The notes beneath the pieces are model-generated. The model was not told the origin of the DNA and made no database searches. It worked only from the letters and a program-made list of their open reading frames with translations. From the NCBI RefSeq assembly GCF_009914755.1, contig NC_060936.1: a DNA stretch of 64,000 nt; one strand, given 5' to 3'. Made by a program: the position numbers and the translations under genes. Positions 1 to 12,870 of the stretch are shown here, one piece after another (position 1 is the stretch's first letter; each line of letters begins with the position of its first letter). The stretch comes from the human T2T-CHM13v2.0 reference genome, Homo sapiens.

Positions 1-304
1 CAAATATCCACTTGCAGACATTACAGAGTGTTTCCAAACTGCTCCATCAAAAGAAAGGTTAAAGTCTGTGAGCTGAACACACACATCAAAAAGAAGTTTC
101 TGTGAGTGATTCTGTCTAGATTTTATAAGAAGATGTTTCCTTTTCTACCATAGGCCTCAAAGCGCTTGAAATCTCCAGCTGCAAATTCCACAAAAAGGGG
201 GTTTAACATCTGCTCTTCTAAAGGAAAGTTCAACTCTATGAGTTGAATACACACAGCACAAAGAAGTTACTGAGACTTCTCCTATCAAACATTATATGAA
301 GAAA

Positions 305-321
305 TCCCGTTTCCAACGAAG
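305..321 (-). promoter_or_regulatory. CENP-B box (first copy; one per dimer, roughly 188 positions in the window, about 90% with an intact core)
   Basis: Plus strand TCCCGTTTCCAACGAAG equals minus strand CTTCGTTGGAAACGGGA, matching YTTCGTTGGAARCGGGA. The next copies start at 644, 984, 1324 and 1660. Confidence 0.97.
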
Positions 322-1830
322 GCCTCAAAGACGTCCAAATATCCACTTGCAGACATTATAAACAGTGTGTTTCCAAACTGCTCCATCAAAAGAAAGGTTA
401 AACTCTGTGAGCTGAACACACACATCAAAAAGAAGTTTCTGTGAATGATTCTGTCTAGATTTTATAAGAAGATGTTTCCTTTTCTACCATAGGCCTCAAA
501 GCGCTTGAAATCTCCAGCTGCAAATTCCACAAAAAGGGTGTTTAACATCTGCTCTTCTAAAGGAAAGTTCAAATCTATGAGTTGAATACACACAGCACAA
601 AGAAGTTACTGAGACTTCTCCTATCAAACATTATATGAAGAAATCCCGTTTCCAACGAAGGCCTCAAAGAGGTCCAAATATCTGCTTGCAGACTTTACAG
701 ACAGAGTGTTTCCAAACTGCTCCATCAAAAGAAAGGTTAACCTCCTTGAGTTGAACACACACATCACAAAGTAGTTTCTGTGAATGATTCTTTCTAGTTT
801 TTATACGAAGATGTTTCCTTTTCTACCTTTGGTCTCAATGCGATTGAAATCTCCACATGGAAACTCCACAAAAAGAGTGTTTCAAATCTGCTCTTTCTGA
901 AGGAAGGTTCAACTCTGTGAGTTGAATACACACACCACAAATAAGTTACTGAGAATTCTTCTGTGTAACATTATATGAGGAAATCCCGTTTCCAACGAAG
1001 GCCTCAAAGAGGTCCAAATATCCACTTGCAGACTTTACAAAGACAGTGTCTCCAAACTCCTCCATCAAAAGAAAGGTTATACTCTGTGAATTGAACGCAC
1101 ACATCACAAAGAAGTTTCTGAGAATGATTGTGTCTAGTTTTTATACGAAGATATTTCCTTTTCTACATTTGGCCTAAAAGCGCTTGAAATCTCCACCTGC
1201 AAATATCAGAAAAAGAGGGTTTCACATCTGCTCTGTCTAAAGGACAGTTCACCTCTGTGAGTTGAATAGAGGCAACACAAAGTACTTACTCAGTATTCTT
1301 CTTTCTAGCGTTCTATGAAGAAATCCCGTTTCCAACGAAGGCCTCAAAGAGGTCCAAATATCTGCTTGCAGACTTTACAGAGTGTTTCCAAACTACTCTA
1401 TGAAAAGAAAGCTTAAACTCCTTGAGTTGAACGCACACATCACAAAGTAGTTTCTGAGAATGATTCTGTCTAGTTTTTATACGAAGATGTTTCCTTTTCT
1501 ACATTTCGTCTCAAAGCGATTGAAATCTCCAACTGGAAACTGCACAAATAGGGTGTTTCAAATCTGCTCTGTCTAAAGGAAGGTTCAACTCTGTGAGTTG
1601 AATACACACACCACAAATAAGTTACTGAGAATTCTTCTGTCGAACATTACATGAAGAAATCCCGTTTCCAACGAAGGCCTCAAAGAGGTCCAAATATCCA
1701 CTTGCAGACATTACAAACAGAGTGTTTCCAAACTGCTCCATCAAAAGAAAGGTTAAACTCTGTGAGCTGAACACACACATCAAAAAGAAGTTTCTGTGAA
1801 TGATTCTGTCTAGATTTTATAAGAAGATGT

Positions 1831-1847
1831 TTCCTTTTCTACCGTAG
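1831..1847 (+). promoter_or_regulatory. pJalpha/A-box-like site in the non-CENP-B monomer (example in dimer A)
   Basis: TTCCTTTTCTACCGTAG sits at the position homologous to the CENP-B box in the alternating monomer. It is close to the pJalpha motif TTCCTTTTYCACCRTAG and is more degenerate in dimers B, C and D. Confidence 0.6.
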
Positions 1848-3049
1848 GCCTCAAAGCGCTTGAAATCTCCAGCTGCAAATTCCACAAAAAGGGTGTTTAA
1901 CATCTGCTCTTCTAAAGGAATGTTCAACTCTATGAGTTGAATACACACAGCACAAAGAAGTTACTGAGACTTCTCCTATCAAACATTATATGAAGAAATC
2001 CCGCTTCCAACGAAGGCCTCAAAGAAGTCCAAATATCTGCTCACAAACTTTACAGACAGAGTGTTTCCAAACTGCTCCATCAAAAGAAAGGTTAACCTCC
2101 TTGAGTTGAACACACACATCACAAAGTAGTTTCTGTGAGTGATTCTTTCTAGTTTTTATACGAAGATGTTTCCTTTTCTACCTTTGGTCTCAATGCGATT
2201 GAAATCTCCACATGGAAACTCCAGAAAAAGAGTGTTTCAAATCTGCTCTTTCTGAAGGAAGGTTCAAATCTGTGAGTTGAATACACACACCACAAATAAG
2301 TTACTGAGAATTCTTCTGTGTAACATTATATGAGGAAATCCCGTTTCCAACGAAGGCCTCAAAGAGTTCCAAATATCCACTTGCAGACTTTACAAAGACA
2401 GTGTCTCCAAACTCCTCCATCAAAAGAAAGGTTATACTCTGTGAATTGAACGCACACATCACAAAGTAGTTTCTGAGAATGATTCTGACTACTTTTTATA
2501 CGAAGATATTTCCTTTTCTACATTTGGCCTAAAAGCACTTGAAATCTCCACCTGCAAATATCACAAAAAGAGGGTTTCACATCTGCTCTGTCTAAAGGAC
2601 AGTTCATCTCTGTGATTTGAATAGAGGCAACACATAGAACTTACTCAGTATTCTTCTTTCTAGCGTTCCATGAAGAAAACCCGTTTCCAACGAAGGCCTC
2701 AAAGAGGTCCAAATATCTGCTTGCAGACTTTACAGACAGAGTGTTTCCAAACAACTTTATGAAAAGAAAGCTTAAACTCCTTGAGTTGAACGCACATATC
2801 ACAAAGTAGTTTCTGAGAATGATTCTGTCTAGTTTTTATACGAAGATGTTTCCTTTTCTACATTTCGTCTCAAAGCGATTGAAATCTCCAACTGGAAACT
2901 GCACAAATAGGGTGTTTCAAATCTGCTCTGTCTAAAGGAAGGTTCAACTCTGTGAGTTGAATACACACACCACAAATAAGTTACTGAGAATTCTTCTGTC
3001 GAACATTACATGAAGAAATCCCGTTTCCAACGAAGGCCTCAAAGAGGTC

Positions 3050-4399
3050 CAAATATCCACTTGCAGACATTACAGAGTGTTTCCAAACTGCTCCATCAAA
3101 AGAAAGGTTAAACTCTGTGAGCTGAACACACACATCAAAAAGAAGTTTCTGTGAGTGATTCTGTCTAGATTTTATAAGAAGATGTTTCCTTTTCTACCAT
3201 AGGCCTCAAAGCGCTTGAAATCTCCAGCTGCAAATTCCACAAAAAGGGTGTTTAACATCTGCTCTTTTAAAGGAAAGTTCAACTCTATGAGTTGAATACA
3301 CACAGCAGAAAGAAGTTACCGAGATTTCTCCTATCAAACATTATATGAAGAAATCCCGTTTCCAATGAAGGCCTCAAAGAGGTCCAAATATCTGCTTGCA
3401 GACTTTACAGACAGAGTGTTTCCAAACTCCTCCATCAAAAGAAAGGTTAAACTCCTTGAGTTGAACACACACATCACAAAGTAGTTTCTGTGAATGATTC
3501 TGTCTAGTTTTTATACGAAGATGTTTCCTTTTCTACCTTTGGTCTCAAAGCGATTGAAATCTCCACATGGAAACTCCACAAAAAGAGTTTTTCAAATCTG
3601 CTCTTTCTGAAGGAAGGTTCAACTCTGTGAGTTGAATACACACACCACAAATAAGTTACTGAGAATTCTTCTGTGTAACATTATATGAGGAAATCCCGTT
3701 TCCAACGAAGGCCTCAAAGAGGTCCAAATATCCACTTGCAGACTTTACAAAGACAGTGTCTCCAAACTCCTCCATCAAAGAAAGGTTATACTCTGTGAAT
3801 TGAACGCACACATCACAAAGTAGTTTCTGACAATGATTCTGTCTAGTTTTTATACGAAGATATTTCCTTTTCTACATTTGGCCTAAAAGCGCTTGAAATC
3901 TCCACCTGCAAATATCACAAAAAGAGGGTTTCACATCTGCTCTGTCTAAAGGACAGTTCACCTCTGTGAGTTGAATAGAGGCAACACAAAGAACTTACTC
4001 AGTATTCTTCTTTCTAGCGTTCTATGAAGAAATCCCTTTTCCAACGAAGGCCTCAAAGAGGTCCAAATATCTGCTTGCAGACTTTACAGAGTGTTTCCAA
4101 ACTACTCTATGAAAAGAAAGCTTAAACTCCTTGAGTTGAACGCACACATCACAAAGTAGTTTCTGAGAATGATTCTGTCTAGTTTTTATACGAAGATGTT
4201 TCCTTTTCTACATTTGGTCTCAAAGCGATTGAAATCTCCAACTGGAAACTGCACAAATAGGGTGTTTCAAATCTGCTCTGTCTAAAGGAATGTTCAACTC
4301 TGTGAGTTGAATACACACACCACAAATAAGTTACTGAGAATTCTTCTGTCGAACATTACATGAAGAAATCCCGTTTCCAACGAAGGCCTCAAAGAGGTC
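3050..4399 (-). repeat. 8-mer HOR haplotype X with two disrupted CENP-B boxes
   Basis: A'-B-C-D' with CAGAAAGAAGTTACCGAGATT, box TCCAATGAAG (3354-3370) and box TCCCTTTTCC (4033-4049). Confidence 0.9.
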
Positions 4400-7300
4400 C
4401 AAATATCCACTTGCAGACATTACAAACAGTGTGTTTCCAAACTGCTCCATCAAAAGAAAGGTTAAACTCTGTGAGCTGAACACACACATCAAAAAGAAGT
4501 TTCTGTGAATGATTCTGTCTAGATTTTATAAGAAGATGTTTCCTTTTCTACCGTAGGCCTCAAAGCGCTTGAAATCTCCAGCTGCAAATTCCACAAAAAG
4601 GGGGTTTAACATCTGCTCTTCTAAAGGAAAGTTCAACTCTATGAGTTGAATACACACAGCACAAAGAAGTTACTGAGACTTCTCCTATCAAACATTATAT
4701 GAAGAAATCCCGTTTCCAACGAAGGCCTCAAAGACGTCCAAATAACCACTTGCAGACATTACAAACAGTGTGTTTCCAAACTGCTCCATCAAAAGAAAGG
4801 TTAAACTCTGTGAGCTGAACACACACATCAAAAAGAAGTTTCTGTGAATGATTCTGTCTAGATTTTATAAGAAGATGTTTCCTTTTCTACCGTAGGCCTC
4901 AAAGCGCTTGAAATCTCCAGCTGCAAATTCCACAAAAAGGGTGTTTAACATCTGCTCTTCTAAAGGAAAGTTCAACTCTATGAGTTGAATACACACAGCA
5001 CAAAGAAGTTACTGAGACTTCTCCTATCAAACATTATATGAAGAAATCCCGTTTCCAACGAAGGCCTCAAAGAGGTCCAAATATCTGCTTGCAGACTTTA
5101 CAGACAGAGTGTTTCCAAACTGCTCCATCAAAAGAAAGGTTAACCTCCTTGAGTTGAACACACACATCACAAAGTAGTTTCTGTGAATGATTCTGTCTAG
5201 TTTTTATACGAAGATGTTTCCTTTTCTACCTTTGGTCTCAAAGCGATTGAAATCTCCACATGGAAACTCCACAAAAAGAGTGTTTTATATCTGCTCTTTC
5301 TGAAGGAAGGTTCAACTCTGTGAGTTGAATAAACACACAACAATTAAGTTACTGAGAATTCTTCTGTGTAACATTATATGAGGAAATCCCGTTTCCAACG
5401 AAGGCCTCAAAGAGGTCCAAATATCCACTTGCAGACTTTACAAAGACAGTGTCTCCAAACTCGTCCATCAAAAGAAAGGTTATACTCTGTGAATTGAACG
5501 CACACATCACAAAGTAGTTTCTGAGAATGATTGTGTCTAGTTTTTATACGAAGATATTTCCTTTTCTACATTTGGCCTAAAAGCGCTTGAAATCTCCACC
5601 TGCAAATATCACAAAAAGAGGGTTTCACATCTGCTCTGTCTAAAGGACAGTTCACCTCTGTGTGTTGAATAGAGGCAACACAAAGTACTTACTCAGTATT
5701 CTTCTTTCTACCGTTCTATGAAGAAATCCCGTTTCCAACGAATGCCTCAAAGAGGTCCAAATATCTGCTTGCAGACTTTACAGAGTGTTTCCAAACTACT
5801 CTATGAAAAGAAAGCTTAAACTCCTTGAGTTGAACGCACACATCACAAAGTAGTTTCTGAGAATGATTCTGTCTAGTTTTTATACGAAGATGTTTCCTTT
5901 TCTACATTTCGTCTCAAAGCGATTGAAATCTCCAACTGGAAACTGCACAAATAGGGTGTTTCAAATCTGCTCTGTCTAAAGGAAGGTTCAACTCTGTGAG
6001 TTGAATACACACACCACAAATAAGTTACTGAGAATTCTTCTGTCGAACATTACATGAAGAAATCCCGTTTCCAACGAAGGCCTCAAAGAGGTCCAAATAT
6101 CCACTTGCAGACATTACAAACAGAGTGTTTCCAAACTGCTCCATCAAAAGAAAGGTTAAACTCTGTGAGCTGAACACACACATCAAAAAGAAGTTTCTGT
6201 GAATGATTCTGTCTAGATTTTATAAGAAGATGTTTCCTTTTCTACCGTAGGCCTCAAAGCGCTTGAAATCTCCAGCTGCAAATTCCACAAAAAGGGTGTT
6301 TAACATCTGCTCTTCTAAAGGAATGTTCAACTCTATGAGTTGAATACACACAGCACAAAGAAGTTACTGAGACTTCTCCTATCAAACATTATATGAAGAA
6401 ATCCCGCTTCCAACGAAGGCCTCAAAGAAGTCCAAATATCTGCTCACAAACTTTACAGACAGAGTGTTTCCAAACTGCTCCATCAAAAGAAAGGTTAACC
6501 TCCTTGAGTTGAACACACACATCACAAAGTAGTTTCTGTGAGTGATTCTTTCTAGTTTTTATACGAAGATGTTTCCTTTTCTACCTTTGGTCTCAATGCG
6601 ATTGAAATCTCCACATGGAAACTCCACAAAAAGAGTGTTTCAAATCTGCTCTTTCTGAAGGAAGGTTCAAATCTGTGAGTTGAATACACACACCACAAAT
6701 AAGTTACTGAGAATTCTTCTGTGTAACATTATATGAGGAAATCCCGTTTCCAACGAAGGCCTCAAAGAGTTCCAAATATCCACTTGCAGACTTTACAAAG
6801 ACAGTGTCTCCAAACTCCTCCATCAAAAGAAAGGTTATACTCTGTGAATTGAACGCACACATCACAAAGTAGTTTCTGAGAATGATTCTGACTACTTTTT
6901 ATACGAAGATATTTCCTTTTCTACATTTGGCCTAAAAGCACTTGAAATCTCCACCTGCAAATATCACAAAAAGAGGGTTTCACATCTGCTCTGTCTAAAG
7001 GACAGTTCACCTCTGTGATTTGAATAGAGGCAACACATAGAACTTACTCAGTATTCTTCTTTCTAGCGTTCCATGAAGAAAACCCGTTTCCAACGAAGGC
7101 CTCAAAGAGGTCCAAATATCTGCTTGCAGACTTTACAGACAGAGTGTTTCCAAACAACTTTATGAAAAGAAAGCTTAAACTCCTTGAGTTGAACGCACAT
7201 ATCACAAAGTAGTTTCTGAGAATGATTCTGTCTAGTTTTTATACGAAGATGTTTCCTTTTCTACATTTCGTCTCAAAGCGATTGAAATCTCCAACTGGAA

Positions 7301-10300
7301 ACTGCACAAATAGGGTGTTTCAAATCTGCTCTGTCTAAAGGAAGGTTCAACTCTGTGAGTTGAATACACACACCACAAATAAGTTACTGAGAATTCTTCT
7401 GTCGAACATTACATGAAGAAATCCCGTTTCCAACGAAGGCCTCAAAGAGGTCCAAATATCCACTTGCAGACATTACAGAGTGTTTCCAAACTGCTCCATC
7501 AAAAGAAAGGTTAAAGTCTGTGAGCTGAACACACACATCAAAAAGAAGTTTCTGTGAGTGATTCTGTCTAGATTTTATAAGAAGATGTTTCCTTTTCTAC
7601 CATAGGCCTCAAAGCGCTTGAAATCTCCAGCTGCAAATTCCACAAAAAGGGGGTTTAACATCTGCTCTTCTAAAGGAAAGTTCAACTCTATGAGTTGAAT
7701 ACACACAGCACAAAGAAGTTACTGAGACTTCTCCTATCAAACATTATATGAAGAAATCCCGTTTCCAACGAAGGCCTCAAAGAGGTCCAAATATCTGCTT
7801 GCAGACTTTACAGACAGAGTGTTTCCAAACTGCTCCATCAAAAGAAAGGTTAAACTCTGTGAGCTGAACACACACATCAAAAAGAAGTTTCTGTGAATGA
7901 TTCTGTCTAGATTTTATAAGAAGATGTTTCCTTTTCTACCATAGGCCTCAAAGCGCTTGAAATCTCCAGCTGCAAATTCCACAAAAAGGGTGTTTAACAT
8001 CTGCTCTTCTAAAGGAAAGTTCAAATCTATGAGTTGAATACACACAGCACAAAGAAGTTACTGAGACTTCTCCTATCAAACATTATATGAAGAAATCCCG
8101 TTTCCAACGAAGGCCTCAAAGAGGTCCAAATATCTGCTTGCAGACTTTACAGACAGAGTGTTTCCAAACTGCTCCATCAAAAGAAAGGTTAACCTCCTTG
8201 AGTTGAACACACACATCACAAAGTAGTTTCTGTGAATGATTCTTTCTAGTTTTTATACGAAGATGTTTCCTTTTCTACCTTTGGTCTCAATGCGATTGAA
8301 ATCTCCACATGGAAACTCCACAAAAAGAGTGTTTCAAATCTGCTCTTTCTGAAGGAAGGTTCAACTCTGTGAGTTGAATACACACACCACAAATAAGTTA
8401 CTGAGAATTCTTCTGTGTAACATTATATGAGGAAATCCCGTTTCCAACGAAGGCCTCAAAGAGGTCCAAATATCCACTTGCAGACTTTACAAAGACAGTG
8501 TCTCCAAACTCCTCCATCAAAAGAAAGGTTATACTCTGTGAATTGAACGCACACATCACAAAGTAGTTTCTGAGAATGATTGTGTCTAGTTTTTATACGA
8601 AGATATTTCCTTTTCTACATTTGGCCTAAAAGCGCTTGAAATCTCCACCTGCAAATATCAGAAAAAGAGGGTTTCACATCTGCTCTGTCTAAAGGACAGT
8701 TCACCTCTGTGAGTTGAATAGAGGCAACACAAAGTACTTACTCAGTATTCTTCTTTCTAGCGTTCTATGAAGAAATCCCGTTTCCAACGAAGGCCTCAAA
8801 GAGGTCCAAATATCTGCTTGCAGACTTTACAGAGTGTTTCCAAACTACTCTATGAAAAGAAAGCTTAAACTCCTTGAGTTGAACGCACACATCACAAAGT
8901 AGTTTCTGAGAATGATTCTGTCTAGTTTTTATACGAAGATGTTTCCTTTTCTACATTTCGTCTCAAAGCGATTGAAATCTCCAACTGGAAACTGCACAAA
9001 TAGGGTGTTTCAAATCTGCTCTGTCTAAAGGAAGGTTCAACTCTGTGAGTTGAATACACACACCACAAATAAGTTACTGAGAATTCTTCTGTCGAACATT
9101 ACATGAAGAAATCCCGTTTCCAACGAAGGCCTCAAAGAGGTCCAAATATCCACTTGCAGACATTACAAACAGAGTGTTTCCAAACTGCTCCATCAAAAGA
9201 AAGGTTAAACTCTGTGAGCTGAACACACACATCAAAAAGAAGTTTCTGTGAATGATTCTGTCTAGATTTTATAAGAAGATGTTTCCTTTTCTACCGTAGG
9301 CCTCAAAGCGCTTGAAATCTCCAGCTGCAAATTCCACAAAAAGGGTGTTTAACATCTGCTCTTCTAAAGGAATGTTCAACTCTATGAGTTGAATACACAC
9401 AGCACAAAGAAGTTACTGAGACTTCTCCTATCAAACATTATATGAAGAAATCCCGCTTCCAACGAAGGCCTCAAAGAAGTCCAAATATCTGCTCACAAAC
9501 TTTACAGACAGAGTGTTTCCAAACTGCTCCATCAAAAGAAAGGTTAACCTCCTTGAGTTGAACACACACATCACAAAGTAGTTTCTGTGAGTGATTCTTT
9601 CTAGTTTTTATACGAAGATGTTTCCTTTTCTACCTTTGGTCTCAATGCGATTGAAATCTCCACATGGAAACTCCACAAAAAGAGTGTTTCAAATCTGCTC
9701 TTTCTGAAGGAAGGTTCAAATCTGTGAGTTGAATACACACACCACAAATAAGTTACTGAGAATTCTTCTGTGTAACATTATATGAGGAAATCCCGTTTCC
9801 AACGAAGGCCTCAAAGAGTTCCAAATATCCACTTGCAGACTTTACAAAGACAGTGTCTCCAAACTCCTCCATCAAAAGAAAGGTTATACTCTGTGAATTG
9901 AACGCACACATCACAAAGTAGTTTCTGAGAATGATTCTGACTACTTTTTATACGAAGATATTTCCTTTTCTACATTTGGCCTAAAAGCACTTGAAATCTC
10001 CACCTGCAAATATCACAAAAAGAGGGTTTCACATCTGCTCTGTCTAAAGGACAGTTCACCTCTGTGATTTGAATAGAGGCAACACATAGAACTTACTCAG
10101 TATTCTTCTTTCTAGCGTTCCATGAAGAAAACCCGTTTCCAACGAAGGCCTCAAAGAGGTCCAAATATCTGCTTGCAGACTTTACAGACAGAGTGTTTCC
10201 AAACAACTTTATGAAAAGAAAGCTTAAACTCCTTGAGTTGAACGCACATATCACAAAGTAGTTTCTGAGAATGATTCTGTCTAGTTTTTATACGAAGATG

Positions 10301-10501
10301 TTTCCTTTTCTACATTTCGTCTCAAAGCGATTGAAATCTCCAACTGGAAACTGCACAAATAGGGTGTTTCAAATCTGCTCTGTCTAAAGGAAGGTTCAAC
10401 TCTGTGAGTTGAATACACACACCACAAATAAGTTACTGAGAATTCTTCTGTCGAAAATTACATGAAGAAATCCCGTTTCCAACGAAGGCCTCAAAGAGGT
10501 C
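4400..10501 (-). repeat. Two further 18-mer super-HOR units (4400-7452 variant; 7453-10501)
   Basis: A-A-B-C-D'-A-B*-C*-D* order occurs twice, with the same diagnostic SNVs in the B*C*D* halves. Confidence 0.88.
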
Positions 10502-11852
10502 CAAATATCCACTTGCAGACATTACAGAGTGTTTCCAAACTGCTCCATCAAAAGAAAGGTTAAAGTCTGTGAGCTGAACACACACATCAAAAAGAAGTTT
10601 CTGTGAGTGATTCTGTCTAGATTTTATAAGAAGATGTTTCCTTTTCTACCATAGGCCTCAAAGCGCTTGAAATCTCCAGCTGCAAATTCCACAAAAAGGG
10701 TGTTTAACATCTGCTCTTTTAAAGGAAAGTTCAACTCTATGAGTTGAATACACACAGCAGAAAGAAGTTACCGAGATTTCTCCTATCAAACATTATATGA
10801 AGAAATCCCGTTTCCAATGAAGGCCTCAAAGAGGTCCAAATATCTGCTTGCAGACTTTACAGACAGAGTGTTTCCAAACTGCTCCATCAAAAGAAAGGTT
10901 AAACTCCTTGAGTTGAACACACACATCACAAAGTAGTTTCTGTGAATGATTCTGTCTAGTTTTTATACGAAGATGTTTCCTTTTCTACCTTTGGTCTCAA
11001 AGCGATTGAAATCTCCACATGGAAACTCCACAAAAAGAGTTTTTCAAATCTGCTCTTTCTGAAGGAAGGTTCAACTCTGTGAGTTGAATACACACACCAC
11101 AAATAAGTTACTGAGAATTCTTCTGTGTAACATTATATGAGGAAATCCCGTTTCCAACGAAGGCCTCAAAGAGGTCCAAATATCCACTTGCAGACTTTAC
11201 AAAGACAGTGTCTCCAAACTCCTCCATCAAAAGAAAGGTTATACTCTGTGAATTGAACGCACACATCACAAAGTAGTTTCTGAGAATGATTCTGTCTAGT
11301 TTTTATACGAAGATATTTCCTTTTCTACATTTGGCCTAAAAGCGCTTGAAATCTCCACCTGCAAATATCACAAAAAGAGGGTTTCACATCTGCTCTGTCT
11401 AAAGGACAGTTCACCTCTGTGAGTTGAATAGAGGCAACACAAAGAACTTACTCAGTATTCTTCTTTCTAGCGTTCTATGAAGAAATCCCTTTTCCAACGA
11501 AGGCCTCAAAGAGGTCCAAATATCTGCTTGCAGACTTTACAGAGTGTTTCCAAACTACTCTATGAAAAGAAAGCTTAAACTCCTTGAGTTGAACGCACAC
11601 ATCACAAAGTAGTTTCTGAGAATGATTCTGTCTAGTTTTTATACGAAGATGTTTCCTTTTCTACATTTGGTCTCAAAGCGATTGAAATCTCCAACTGGAA
11701 ACTGCACAAATAGGGTGTTTCAAATCTGCTCGGTCTAAAGGAAGGTTCAAATCTGTGAGTTGAATACACACACCACAAATAAGTTACTGAGAATTCTTCT
11801 GTCGAACATTACTTGAAGAAATCCCGTTTCTAACGAAGGCCTCAAAGAGGTC
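10502..11852 (-). repeat. Second copy of 8-mer haplotype X
   Basis: Same TCCAATGAAG (10806) and TCCCTTTTCC (11486) boxes, and GTTACCGAGATT. Confidence 0.88.
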
Positions 11853-12870
11853 CAAATATCCACTTGCAGACATTACAAACAGAGTGTTTCCAAACTGCTC
11901 CATCAAAAGAAAGGTTAAACTCTGTGAGCTGAACACACACATCAAAAAGAAGTTTCTGTGAATGATTCTGTCTAGATTTTATAAGAAGATGTTTCCTTTT
12001 CTACCGTAGGCCTCAAAGCGCTTGAAATCTCCAGCTGCAAATTCCACTAAAAGGGTGTTTAACATCTGCTCTTCTAAAGGAAAGTTCAACTCTATGAGTT
12101 GAATACACACAGCACAAAGAAGTTACTGAGACTTCTCCTATCAAACATTATATGAAGAAATCCCGTTTCCAACGATGGCCTCAAAGAGGTCCAAATATCT
12201 GCTTGCAGATTTACAAAGACAGTGTCTCCAAACTCCTCCATCAAAAGAAATGTTATACTCTGTGAATTGAACGCACACATCACAAAGTAGTTTCTGAGAA
12301 TGATTCTGTCTAGTTTTTATACGAAGATATTTCCTTTTCTACATTTGGCCTAAAAGCGCTTGAAATCTCCACGTGCAAATATCAGAAAAAGAGGGTTTCA
12401 CATCTGCTCTGTCTAAAGGACAGTTCACCTCTGTGAGTTGAATAGAGGCAACACAAAGAACTTACTCAGTATTCTTCTTTCTAGCGTTCTGTGAAGAAAT
12501 CCCGTTTCCAACGAAGGCCCCAAAGAGGTCCAAATATCTGCTTGCAGACTTTAAAGACAGAGTGTTTCCAAACTACTCTATGAAAAGAAAGCTTAAACTC
12601 CTTGAGTTGAACGCACACATCACAAAGTAGTTTCTGAGAATGATTCTGTCTAGTTTTTATACGAAGATGTTTCCTTTTCTACATTTGGTCTCAAAGCGAT
12701 TGAAATCTCCAACTGGAAACTGCACAGATAGGGTGTTTCAAATCTGCTCTGTCTAAAGGAAGGTTCAACTCTGTGAGTTGAATACACACACCACAAATAA
12801 GTTACTGAGAATTCTTCTGTCGAACATTACTTGAAGAAATCCCGTTTCCAACGAAGGCCTCAAAGAGGTC
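11853..12870 (-). repeat. 6-mer HOR variant A-C-D (dimer B deleted)
   Basis: At 12192 the B-type start ATATCTGCTTGCAGA runs into C-type TTTACAAAGACAGTGTCTCC. The preceding box reads AACGATGG. Confidence 0.88.

Larger units (their letters stand above)
1..3049 (-). repeat. 18-mer super-HOR, A'-A-B-C-D'-A-B*-C*-D* (10-mer + 8-mer, 3049 bp)
   Basis: Dimer starts at 1, 336, 675, 1015, 1355, 1691, 2030, 2370 and 2710. Markers: GACGTC at 330, 4-bp deletions in A' and D', AAGTACTT, CCCGCTTCC, TGCTCACAAA, ACAACTTTAT. Confidence 0.92.

Noticed and set aside
170-1420. Periodic palindromes (CAGCTG, AGGCCT, GAATTC, AAGCTT, TCTAGA) as regulatory or hairpin signals
   Set aside because: They are ordinary 6-bp sites repeated with the HOR. 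They are useful as markers only, and I saw no extended inverted repeat.
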